Shown piece by piece: positions 25,801-32,996 of a DNA stretch of 64,000 bases. Position 1 is the stretch's first letter. Each line of letters begins with the position of its first letter. Source of the DNA: Deltaproteobacteria bacterium (GTDB lineage: Bacteria; Myxococcota; Myxococcia; Myxococcales; 40CM-4-68-19); the NCBI GenBank assembly GCA_043781235.1, contig JAYWBT010000182.1:140-64139 (forward strand), written 5' to 3'. The translations under genes and the position numbers were made by a program. The notes under the pieces were generated by a model that worked only from the letters and a program-made list of their open reading frames with translations, did not search any database and was not told the origin of the DNA.

Positions 25801-25910
25801 TTCCGCGCCGCACCTCCAGGAGGCGCAAAGCGCTCCTGCTTTGCTGCGCTCGACATGGACCGGATGGAACGCGCCAGCGCTGGCTGTGTCGCCCGACTGG
25901 GTGGATGCAT
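22896..25910 (-). CDS. Polymorphic toxin: N-terminal leader + DUF4157 (zincin-like HExxH) domain, long central region, C-terminal PD-(D/E)xK nuclease-like module
   Basis: ORF 22896..26054. The DUF4157 signature is LEHFFGVRFGQNFSGVRIHTSRAAANAAESLNALAFTAGPNIYFG...GRELIAHELAHTVQQG (HExxH at ~25278-25292). The leader motif is ARLQASVGNQAVLRV...VGAPNDPLEAEADRAARQVM. The C-terminus GGEFQNLALNRL...GGFRPDGVRD...YHFVEVKGW matches the PD...ExK pattern. Start chosen at ATG 25910 (MHPPSRAT, AGGA upstream). Alternatives are TTG 26054 and ATG 25856. Confidence 0.85.
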   Translation of the reverse strand: MHPPSRATQPALARSIRSMSSAAKQERFAPPGGAARNAARLQASVGNQAVLRVQPSAVAVQARLRVGAPNDPLEAEADRAARQVMDAAGTAVPIERRSVACPACGPGCACKSEAGPVRARHVAGRMALPVIDGLPTEAGMPLPGSLEHFFGVRFGQNFSGVRIHTSRAAANAAESLNALAFTAGPNIYFGAAQWSPHSTAGRELIAHELAHTVQQGATTLPSSASQPTIARRASSEVPEVQRQPRPQRRRAPQSITIRWEGSIRASIFAYVRRLARSPEEATRITDLVQGAVNEYSTGGQAVTHQQFERQSHLRGVLLDEPVAQVLRGALGADEHQTALLATAGRMLEETDALITGIAVDDAVAMAERSGHHAPAAAVEANWSVLAGNEDLSRYYLTLMGRFAGVSHSDATTALAQGGLAPEEILQIIGDDGRRRFFTHLFTQGYTEFARSGGTVQRAFEPLEERIFEQFNWGNPTATRNLLQIDHSREGDQIAIVDRTNGVLLYDSQNNPLRGITGQGYRDTGYVGSEPMHHGINIAGISDPVLFGILNALRMDVTEPTRAVARGADFYWHNSDLVKERVIEGLPELVVQRFEEMLPVFVGFLTVHGAATAMLAMPPPFPAIGAAIRGTLAIVGWAMQIDFLGSALGHLVEAGYHLTRIAPPQDGRLDDLSNLHLERAAVPIREMVADVALAVGAEMAGRFLAAVRGRTRLSIECTRCRLRFRVEEPLRLPEGRARALVEAMAQRTGRSPAEVEGMFRLAGRLEPAEAARLRALGERAAAGHALDEAAARDLSAMMDRLRGGGPVPAPEAATTRGEAPRARLDPLTGAPLQAGTEGHIRQRWFEYQQTHRERFPELADRPDPAWERQYRQILTNRIAGGEFQNLALNRLGVPENFEVFMDPSGEGGFRPDGVRDLGNGSPVWGRQYHFVEVKGWDYIYNDTTESLHTENLHAMLDYVETFRGFIEVVVRSAAHERGETRLSRPLEDRLARLVRNGLARIYRFP

Positions 25911-26090
25911 CGCGCCGTCCTGTCCCGGTGGTGCGGATACAACAGTCCGCTCCGATCCAACCGATGTCAATCCAGTCCCGGATCGCAATCGGAATATCCA
26001 CCGCCTCGGTGCGGCGCCGCCGTCGTGTACCAATGGAGGTTGACTCTTGTTCAACTAGATACGGCCGTGCCCATCCAAGGCTGGGTCGAT

Positions 26091-26466
26091 ATGGATGCGC
26101 CGACTCGCAAGGCAAGGACGCGGTCTGTTGTCACGGCGACGGGTGTCGCGCCGCCGAAGCACAAGCGGCGCCAATCGCATGCCGCACGACTTCAAGCCTC
26201 CGTTGGTAATCAAGCGATGGCGCGCGTTCAGGAAGCGCCCGACCTGGCAAGGCCCCTCTCCCGTGCGGGCTCAAGTACTCCACGCGGGCTTCGGAAATCA
26301 GGCGGCGTTGCGCCTTCCCTTGGATTCGATAACCAGCCTGGGCGACCCCGCCGACGACTTGTCGGCGGTCGCTCGGCAGCTCATCGGGGAGGGAGGTGAG
26401 CCGGGCGCTGTCCGTCGCGCAACCTCGTACTGGATGAACGCGACTTGGGACTGGACCAAACGATGA
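26091..26466 (+). pseudogene. Frameshifted remnant of a second DUF4157-type toxin leader (no HExxH core, no toxin domain)
   Basis: The frame from ATG 26091 gives ...HAARLQASVGNQAMARVQ. The +1 frame (ORF 26095..26466) continues ...VLHAGFGNQAALRLPLDSITSLGDPADDLSAVARQLIGEGG, which parallels the toxin's GNQA...NDPLEAEADRAARQVM. Good codon usage switches frame around 26220-26270. It could alternatively be a real small ORF. Confidence 0.4.
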
Positions 26467-26482
26467 CTCTCGCGACGCCGCT

Positions 26483-26944
26483 TCACCCGGCCGCGCCGCC
26501 GGACGACGGAGCCTTCTGCCAGACTGGCACGGGATCAATGCGCGCCAGCGCCTGTAGCACGCTGGCGAGCGAGACCAGCTGCTCGTTGCGAGCCGTCTGA
26601 TCCTGAGACGTCCCGCCGCTGGTGTCTTGCATTACCGCCTTGATGCGGTCGTACGCCAACGCTGCGAGGTCTTTCGTGTTCTCCAAGAGCGTCACCAACG
26701 CAGCGTAGCCTTCCCGGCCCCTTTGCTCCGAGAACATCGTGTCCGCCTGGACGAGCTGCTGGAGCGCAGATGTCATCTGAGCCTGCGCCTTTGCAAGTTC
26801 CGCTGCCCGCGCCTTCTTTTGGTCGTCCGTCGGATTCGGGACTTGTGCGGCGGTCACAATCGCGTACGCCGCGTTGAACTGAGCCACCGCGTACGTGCTG
26901 AGTTTTTCGATAGCCGAGGCGAGATTATCCTGAGTCAGCGGCAT
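26483..26944 (-). CDS. Small all-helical hypothetical protein in the lower-GC patch
   Basis: ORF 26483..27028 trimmed to ATG 26944 (MPLTQDNLASAIEKLSTYAVAQFNAAYAIVTAAQV...KKARAAELAKAQAQMTSALQQLVQ...). The codon pattern is coding-like but with lower GC3 than its neighbours. No family recognised. Confidence 0.5.
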   Translation of the reverse strand: MPLTQDNLASAIEKLSTYAVAQFNAAYAIVTAAQVPNPTDDQKKARAAELAKAQAQMTSALQQLVQADTMFSEQRGREGYAALVTLLENTKDLAALAYDRIKAVMQDTSGGTSQDQTARNEQLVSLASVLQALARIDPVPVWQKAPSSGGAAG

Positions 26945-27288
26945 ACTGACGGAGGATACCGCAGCGCGCCCGAAGAAGTCACTACACCGGGCCACGCCGG
27001 CTTGATCGCGAGCCGTCAAAAAAGGCATCGGCTTGAAGCCTGGGCGCCCGATTCGCTACAAAACTTCGAGCTTGGCAGCAGCACGCATCGGGGGAACAAC
27101 ATGAACGACCGGAGGACGATGGTCCGGGAGGCAGCGCCGCAATCCGTTCTGATGCGATTGAGCAAGATCATTGTTGACCCCGCCAAGGATCGGCGGGGCA
27201 GCCACCCGGATTTGCAGGTTTGCCAGAATTCCATCCCGAGGGTGGACGAGTGGGCCGCCGTCGTGCGAGCGATGGCGGCCTGTCCTTC

Positions 27289-27915
27289 GTGCTCGCTCTA
27301 TTGGGCGCCCTGCGTGCGGCAATGAAGAGCCGCGCGGACCTCGCGCTCGAGAACCTGGCCCTGCGCCAACAGCTCGCCCTGCTCCACCGGCGAGCGAAGC
27401 GACCGCGGTTCGGCCCGATCGACCGCCTCTTCTGGACCTGGCTGTCAAGCCGCTGGAACAGGTGGCGAGAGGCACTCCTCGTCATTCGGCCCGAGACCGT
27501 GATTCGCTGGCACCGTCAGGGTTGCGGCGCCTTCTGGAGCTGGAAGTCGCACCGCGGCCAGGTCGGCCGACCGCGGGTCGCCTCGGATCTTGCGGCGCTC
27601 GTTCGCACGATGGCCCTCGCCAATCCACTCTGGGGCGCGCCACGCATCCACGGCGAACTGCTCAAGCTCGGCCTCGACGTATCTCAGCGCACCGTTGCGC
27701 GATTGATGCCACGCCGACCGAAGCCGCCATCGCAGACGCGGCGCTCATTTCTCGAAAACCACCTCAAAGATCTCGTCTCCGTCGACTTCTTCGCCGTGCC
27801 AACCGCGACCTTCCGCGTGCTGTATGTGTTCGTCGTCCTGCTCCCATCATCGACGGCAGGTCGTCCACTTCAACGTCACCGAATCGCCGACCGCCGCTTG
27901 GACAGCCCAGCAGAA
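27289..27915 (+). mobile_element. Truncated, frameshifted DDE (rve/integrase-core family) transposase gene fragment
   Basis: (V)LALLGALRAAMKSRADLALENLALRQQLALLHRRAKRPRFGPIDRLFWTWLS...IRPETVIRWHRQG...LANPLWGAPRIHGELLKLGLDVSQRTVARLM...DFFAVPTATFRVLYVFVVL. After a frame change near 27842 it continues HHRRQVVHFNVTESPTAAWTAQQ (ORF 27824..). Homology stops near 27915, so the catalytic core is missing. Confidence 0.75.
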
Positions 27916-27975
27916 GATTCAGGGGATCGCGCGCCCATCGTCCAGTCTTGCGATCGAGTTTTGGCAACGACAAGC

Positions 27976-28120
27976 GATCGAGGCGCCCGAATTGCGGTCG
28001 CTTCGGTTGGCGGCGGATCATGGCGACTTGTTGCCGGAGCGCAAGGTTGTCGAGCGTGAGGCCGGTGCGGGTTCTGAGCGCCGCGCGCAGGGCGCCCAAC
28101 AGAGCCAGTGCGAGGGACAT
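27976..28120 (-). mobile_element. Second, inverted N-terminal fragment of the same transposase family
   Basis: Within ORF 27764..28240, from ATG 28120: MSLALALLGALRAALRTRTGLTLDNLALRQQVAMIRRQPKRPQFGRLDR. This is a clear paralogue of the plus-strand fragment's N-terminus. It is lost after ~48 aa, where it abuts the other fragment. Confidence 0.7.
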
Positions 28121-28285
28121 TGCTCTCCATGGCTCGCACGCCGCTGATGTTCCATCTTTATTCCAGGACACCGAAACGTCGCGCTCGCTCGAGCAAACCA
28201 GGCTGCGCGACCGCCCAGGAAGTACCGGCAGTTGCGGCAACTGCGCTGGGAGCGATGTGAACCGACGGCGTCGCCTTGCGCGGCG

Positions 28286-28329
28286 AGAAACATGAAAGAG
28301 CCCGGACCTCGATTAGTTCGAGATCCGGG
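28286..28329 (-). terminator. Rho-independent terminator downstream of tRNA-Gly
   Basis: The minus-strand RNA is CCCGGAUCUCGA-ACUAA-UCGAGGUCCGGG (12-bp stem with one G-U pair, 28301-28329), followed by CUCUUUCAUGUUUCUC. Confidence 0.55.
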
Positions 28330-28337
28330 CCTCGAAT

Positions 28338-28413
28338 TGGAGCGGAACACCAGATTCGAACTGGCGACCTTCGCCTTGGCAAGGCGACGCTCTACCAACT
28401 GAGCTAGTTCCGC
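28338..28413 (-). tRNA. tRNA-Gly (anticodon GCC), CCA encoded
   Basis: The reverse complement folds by hand as a cloverleaf: GCGGAAC-TA-GCTC-AGTTGGTA-GAGC-G-TCGCC-TTGCCAA-GGCGA-AGGTC-GCCAG-TTCGAAT-CTGGT-GTTCCGC-T-CCA. The acceptor, D, anticodon and T stems all pair, the T-loop is TTCGAAT, and the anticodon is GCC. Confidence 0.95.
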
Positions 28414-28428
28414 AAAGCGGCGACCTAA

Positions 28429-29064
28429 CTAGCTTCGCTGTTCTCCTGTGTCAAGCGTGTAGAAGGCGCGGACGTACTCGACCGCGGACCAGATGCCGGG
28501 GATGAGCGAGAGGTAGAGAATCACCAGTCCCACCGCCTGGAAGTCGGTCTCGATCGTCCCGAAGAGGTAGTCGATCGGGTAGTGGTAGTGGAGCATCAGG
28601 CAGATCAGGCTGGTGAGCTGCAGGGACGTCTTCCACTTGCCGCCCTGCGAGGCCGCGATCACCAGGCCCTCGCTCACCGCGATGGTGCGCAGGCCGGAGA
28701 TGAGGAACTCGCGCGCGAGGATCAGCACCACCACCCAGACCGGCACCCGGCCGAGCCGCAAGAGCTCGATGAGGGCGGCGGTGACGATGATCTTGTCGGC
28801 GAGCGGGTCGAGGAACTTGCCGAGCGTGGTCACCTTGCCGGAGACGCGGGCGAGCCAGCCGTCCACCCAGTCGGTGATGGCGGCGACCGCGAAGATGGCG
28901 GCGGCGAGGAAGCTGTTGCGGCGGCTCTCCCAGGCCAGCAAAGCGAGGAAGAGCGGGATCAGCGCCATCCGCGCGATGGTCATCATGTTCGGGGCGTTGA
29001 GGATCTCCGCGCGCAGCCGCTCGCGGCGGGTCGGCTTGCGGGGGAGCGTCAGGGGCGCGGACAT
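28429..29064 (-). CDS. pgsA: CDP-diacylglycerol--glycerol-3-phosphate 3-phosphatidyltransferase
   Basis: ORF 28429..30222 trimmed to ATG 29064. The CDP-alcohol phosphatidyltransferase motif is DWVDGWLARVSGKVTTLGKFLDPLADK. Multi-TM. Confidence 0.9.
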   Translation of the reverse strand: MSAPLTLPRKPTRRERLRAEILNAPNMMTIARMALIPLFLALLAWESRRNSFLAAAIFAVAAITDWVDGWLARVSGKVTTLGKFLDPLADKIIVTAALIELLRLGRVPVWVVVLILAREFLISGLRTIAVSEGLVIAASQGGKWKTSLQLTSLICLMLHYHYPIDYLFGTIETDFQAVGLVILYLSLIPGIWSAVEYVRAFYTLDTGEQRS

Positions 29065-29081
29065 CGCTTCGGCACCCACGG

Positions 29082-30671
29082 CTAGCGGCCGTCCGGCGCG
29101 TCGAGCAGCGCGCGGCCCTCGCCGGCCAGCTCGAGCGCGATGCCCAGCTCCGGCGCTTCCTCGACGATGGGCACCAGCCGCGGCTGGATCAGCGGGCCGT
29201 GCCAGCCGACCAGCTGGTCCATCGGGATGCGGATCGGCTCTCCCTTGATAATCTGGACGGCCTTGGGCTTGCCGGCAGTTACCAGCAGCAGCTTGCCGCG
29301 GCCGCGCAGGTGGACCAGGTGCAGGTCGGAGCCGATCTTGGACGGCACGCGGCCGTTCTCGAAGACGATGCTCTCCTGAAAGGCGAAGAGGATCTCCTCG
29401 CGGAAGTAGGCGGGCTCGTCGCCGAGCTCGAGCGAGGTGAAGTGGCGGCCCTCGCGCGAGATGATGAAGCGGCCTTCGCCGAGGGCGCGCAGCATCCGCC
29501 GCGCCCCCTCGCCGAACGGCTTGTCGGTGGCCTTGCCGCGGAAGCGCTTCAGCTCGGGCTTCATCACCACCGAGCCCCAGCTGGCGACCAGGCCGTCGAG
29601 GCGGGTGAGCATCTCGCCCTTCACCTGGATAAGGACCTCGCTGGGACCGATGCCGAAGCCGCCGGCGTTCGCCGGCACGAGCAGCATGGTCGAGCTGGTG
29701 TAGCTCGCAAGAGCGCTCGCGTCGCTCAGCTCGGCGGCGGCCTCGGACGGCGTGGCGGCCGGGGGGGCCTCGGGCGAGGGCGCGTGGACCGCGAGGCGGC
29801 CAAGGGGCGTGGGCTGCTGCTCGCGCGGGGCGACGGGGGGCGCGCCCGGGGTCGCGGGATCGGTCGCGACCCAGCGGGTGCCGAACGCGGGTGTCGGCTG
29901 CGACTCGGCTCGCGTCGCGGAGCTCGCAGCGGTCTCGGAAGTCGCAGCGGTCTTCGAGGTCGCAGCGGTGCCGGAGGACAGGGCCGCGCTCAAGGTCGCA
30001 GCGGCGGCGGCCATCGCCGGAATCTTGTCGGTTTTTTGGTGCGCCTGCTGCGCGGCGGGATCGGAGGGGACCGTGGTCGGCTCGCGCTCCAGCGCAGACT
30101 TGAACGGCTTCTCCACGCTGAGCGCACGCGCGGCCTCCTGCGCGACCTCGCGCACCGGCGAGGCGGCGAGAGCCTGGCTCATCCGGTCGGCCATCGCCGT
30201 GTTGCCGCTCTTGCGGAACCACTCGCGCGCTCGGCCGATGTCGCCCTTCTGCGCGAGCGCGAGGCCGAGATAGTTCTGCGCCTTCTGGTGATCGGGCGCG
30301 AGGTCGAGCGCGGTCTCGAAGCAGCGGACGGCGTCGGACGAGGCGTTCGACTTGAGGAAGACGAGGCCGAGGTTTACCCGCAACGTTGGATCGGCCGGGT
30401 GGTCCTCGATCAGGCCGCGATAGATGGACTCGGCCCGCTCCAGCTCGCCCAGCTTGAAGAGCGAGAGGCCGAGAAGATTGCGCGCCCGCTGGTTGCGCGG
30501 TTTGTAGCGCAGCGCCTTCTCCAGCGTGTTGCGGGCGAGGGCCGCGTCGCCGCGCTGGAGCGCGTCGGTGCCCTGCGCGAGCGTGCGGTCGAACTCATGG
30601 TTCTCGACCAGGTCTGCATCCTCGTCATCGAAGATGCCGGCTGCCGTCTCGGCCCCCCGGGGCTCGGTCAC
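29082..30671 (-). CDS. TPR-repeat protein with conserved C-terminal beta-rich domain
   Basis: Within ORF 29082..31385. GTG 30671 overlaps the upstream stop (GTGA). TPR repeats include ALRYKPRNQRARNLLGLSLFKLGELERAESIY and FETALDLAPDHQKAQNYLGLALAQKGDIGRAREWF. Confidence 0.7.
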   Translation of the reverse strand: MTEPRGAETAAGIFDDEDADLVENHEFDRTLAQGTDALQRGDAALARNTLEKALRYKPRNQRARNLLGLSLFKLGELERAESIYRGLIEDHPADPTLRVNLGLVFLKSNASSDAVRCFETALDLAPDHQKAQNYLGLALAQKGDIGRAREWFRKSGNTAMADRMSQALAASPVREVAQEAARALSVEKPFKSALEREPTTVPSDPAAQQAHQKTDKIPAMAAAAATLSAALSSGTAATSKTAATSETAASSATRAESQPTPAFGTRWVATDPATPGAPPVAPREQQPTPLGRLAVHAPSPEAPPAATPSEAAAELSDASALASYTSSTMLLVPANAGGFGIGPSEVLIQVKGEMLTRLDGLVASWGSVVMKPELKRFRGKATDKPFGEGARRMLRALGEGRFIISREGRHFTSLELGDEPAYFREEILFAFQESIVFENGRVPSKIGSDLHLVHLRGRGKLLLVTAGKPKAVQIIKGEPIRIPMDQLVGWHGPLIQPRLVPIVEEAPELGIALELAGEGRALLDAPDGR

Positions 30672-31294
30672 GGCCCGGACTCCGCCCGCGCCAGTTTCTG
30701 TTTCTGCGCCTGACGCTTGAGCTCGTAGTAATGGCTCATCACCTTGCGCACGTACTGGCGCGTCTCCTCGAAGGGCGGCACGCCGCGGTACTTGCGTACA
30801 GCTTCGGGACCGGCGTTGTAAGCGGCGAGGACCAGCATCATGTCGCCACCGAACTGGTTGGCGAGCTGGCGGAGGTAGCGCGTGCCGCCGAAAATGTTCT
30901 GCCGGGGATCGACGGGATCTTCGACGTACATCTCGCCAGCGGTTCCGGGCATCAGCTGCATCAGACCCTGCGCGCCCTTCTGCGAGACGGCGCCCGCATC
31001 GCCTGCGCTCTCGACGGCGATGACCGCCCGGACCAGCTCTGCCGGGATGTTGTAGAGCTGCGCGGCGCGGTCGATCTGATCGGGCGGCGCGTCGCTGCGG
31101 CGCTCCCACCAGTGTAACTCGGCGCGGGCCGGCGGCGTCTTTCGCTGGACGCGACGTCGCGAGGGCGCGGGCGCGTCGTCGAGATGGGCGACGCCGTCCT
31201 TGTCGGTCCACAGGTGGACCTGCGAGCGCGCCATGGCGGGCGCGCCCCCCAGGCCCAGGAAGACCAGGACGGCAAGGAAGGCAAGACGAGACAT
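30668..31294 (-). CDS. Lytic transglycosylase (SLT domain), secreted
   Basis: ORF 30668..31336 trimmed to ATG 31294 (MSRLAFLAVLVFLG signal). The SLT motif is VIAVESAGDAGAVSQKGAQGLMQLMP...AAYNAG. Confidence 0.85.
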   Translation of the reverse strand: MSRLAFLAVLVFLGLGGAPAMARSQVHLWTDKDGVAHLDDAPAPSRRRVQRKTPPARAELHWWERRSDAPPDQIDRAAQLYNIPAELVRAVIAVESAGDAGAVSQKGAQGLMQLMPGTAGEMYVEDPVDPRQNIFGGTRYLRQLANQFGGDMMLVLAAYNAGPEAVRKYRGVPPFEETRQYVRKVMSHYYELKRQAQKQKLARAESGP

Positions 31295-31376
31295 GATCCA
31301 GATTTGACGATAACCCTCGGCAGAGCCGGCAGGCAAATGTTTGCCTCTGGCGCTGAAGGTGTATCTGTTGGCTTAC

Positions 31377-32996
31377 ATGCGCCACCAGTTCGACTGTCTC
31401 GTGCTCGGATCAGGAATCGCCGGTCTCTCGTTCGCCCTCCAGGCGGCCCGCCATGGGTCCGTCGCCGTGCTCACCAAGCGGGGGCGGTCCGAGACGAACA
31501 CCGCCTACGCGCAGGGCGGGATCGCGGCGGTGTTCGGGCCGCAAGACAGCGTCGAGCAGCACGTGCAGGACACGCTGGTGGCAGGCGCGGGGCTCTGCCG
31601 CGAGCCCGCGGTCCGCGTCACGATCGAGGAGGGCCCGGCCCGCGTGCGCGAGCTGATCGAGCTCGGCGTCGACTTCACCCGCGACGCGACGCCCTTCGGC
31701 TTCCATCTCACGCGAGAAGGCGGGCACTCGCAGCGCCGCATCCTGCACGTCGCGGACTTGACCGGCCGCGAGGTCGAGCGGGGCCTGCTGCGCGCAGCCG
31801 AGGAGGCCGGCGTGCAGTTCTTCGAGGATCACGCCGCCATCGACCTCATCACCGAGGCGAAGCTCGGGGCCTCGCCGGGCCGCGACCGCGCGCTGGGCTG
31901 CTACGCGCTCGACACGCGGTCGGGCGCGGTGCACGTCTTCCTCGGCAAGGCGGTGGTGCTGGCGACGGGCGGCGCCGGAAAGGTGTATCTTTACACCTCG
32001 AATCCCGACGTCGCGACCGGCGACGGCCTGGCGATGGCCCATCGCGCTGGCGCCGCGGTGGCAAACCTCGAGTTCATCCAGTTCCACCCCACCTGCCTCT
32101 ACCACCCGCAGGCCAAGAGCTTCCTGATCAGCGAAGCGCTGCGCGGCGAGGGCGGCATCCTGCGCAACAAGGCGGGCGAAGCGTTCATGGAGCGCTATGA
32201 CCCGCGCAAGGAGCTGGCGCCGCGCGATGTGGTCGCGCGCAGCATCGACAGCGAGCTCAAGCGGCGCGGCGACGACTGCGCCTTCCTCGACATGACCCAC
32301 CTCGGGAAGGCCTTCCTGGTCGAGCACTTTCCGAACATCTACACGACCTGCCAGGCGTTCGGCATCGACATGGCGGTCACGCCGATCCCGGTGGTGCCGG
32401 CGGCGCACTACGTCTGCGGCGGCGTCTGCACGGACTTGACTGGACAGACCTCGATTCCGGGATTGCTCGCCATCGGCGAGGTGGCCTGCACCGGGCTCCA
32501 CGGCGCGAACCGGCTGGCGTCGAACTCGCTGCTCGAGGGGATGGTCTTCGGGCGGCGCGCGGCGTCGGTCGCGCGGGAGCTGGTAGCGCAGTCGCCGGGG
32601 CCGTTCGCGCGGGTGCCGGACTGGGACCCGGGGAGCGCGGTGCCGCCGGACGAGGGCGTGATCGTCAAGCAGAACTGGGACGAGATCCGCGCGCTGATGT
32701 GGAACTACGTCGGCATCGTACGGACCGACAAGCGGCTGGCGCGGGCGCAGCGGCGGCTCGACAACCTGGTCGACGAGATCCACGAATACTACTGGGGCTA
32801 CCTGATCACGCGCGACCTGCTCGAGCTGCGCAACCTCGCCGACGTGGCGCGGCTGATCGTCGCCTGCGCGCAGGAGCGCAAGGAGAGCCGTGGGCTGCAC
32901 TACACGCTGTCGTGGCCGCGGCGCGACGACGTCACCTGGGTGCGCGACACGGTGCTGGTGCGGGGGAAGCCGGCGCCGGAGGCGTGGCCACGCTGA
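31377..32996 (+). CDS. nadB: L-aspartate oxidase
   Basis: ORF 31341..32996. MRHQFDCLVLGSGIAGL is the FAD-binding N-terminus. Also RGEGGILRN and GLHGANRLASNSLLEG motifs. Confidence 0.9.
   Translation: MRHQFDCLVLGSGIAGLSFALQAARHGSVAVLTKRGRSETNTAYAQGGIAAVFGPQDSVEQHVQDTLVAGAGLCREPAVRVTIEEGPARVRELIELGVDFTRDATPFGFHLTREGGHSQRRILHVADLTGREVERGLLRAAEEAGVQFFEDHAAIDLITEAKLGASPGRDRALGCYALDTRSGAVHVFLGKAVVLATGGAGKVYLYTSNPDVATGDGLAMAHRAGAAVANLEFIQFHPTCLYHPQAKSFLISEALRGEGGILRNKAGEAFMERYDPRKELAPRDVVARSIDSELKRRGDDCAFLDMTHLGKAFLVEHFPNIYTTCQAFGIDMAVTPIPVVPAAHYVCGGVCTDLTGQTSIPGLLAIGEVACTGLHGANRLASNSLLEGMVFGRRAASVARELVAQSPGPFARVPDWDPGSAVPPDEGVIVKQNWDEIRALMWNYVGIVRTDKRLARAQRRLDNLVDEIHEYYWGYLITRDLLELRNLADVARLIVACAQERKESRGLHYTLSWPRRDDVTWVRDTVLVRGKPAPEAWPR

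Noticed and set aside
25911-26090. Promoter motifs in the divergent gap between the toxin gene and the leader remnant (for example TTGACT at ~26039, palindrome GTTGA-N7-TCAAC).
   Set aside because: No properly spaced -10 element on either strand. The palindrome is only 5 bp per arm, so this is not reportable as a site.
26627-27325. ORF 26627..27325 (+, 232 aa), including the MNDRRTMVRE... segment between the helical ORF and the transposase fragment.
   Set aside because: Its first two thirds are antisense to the better-supported helical ORF. The remainder has no SD or motif and probably contains the degraded IS end.
28018-28398. Minus-strand ORFs 28018..28398 and 28158..28382 overlapping the tRNA.
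   Set aside because: They read through the tRNA-Gly gene and its terminator, so they are spurious.
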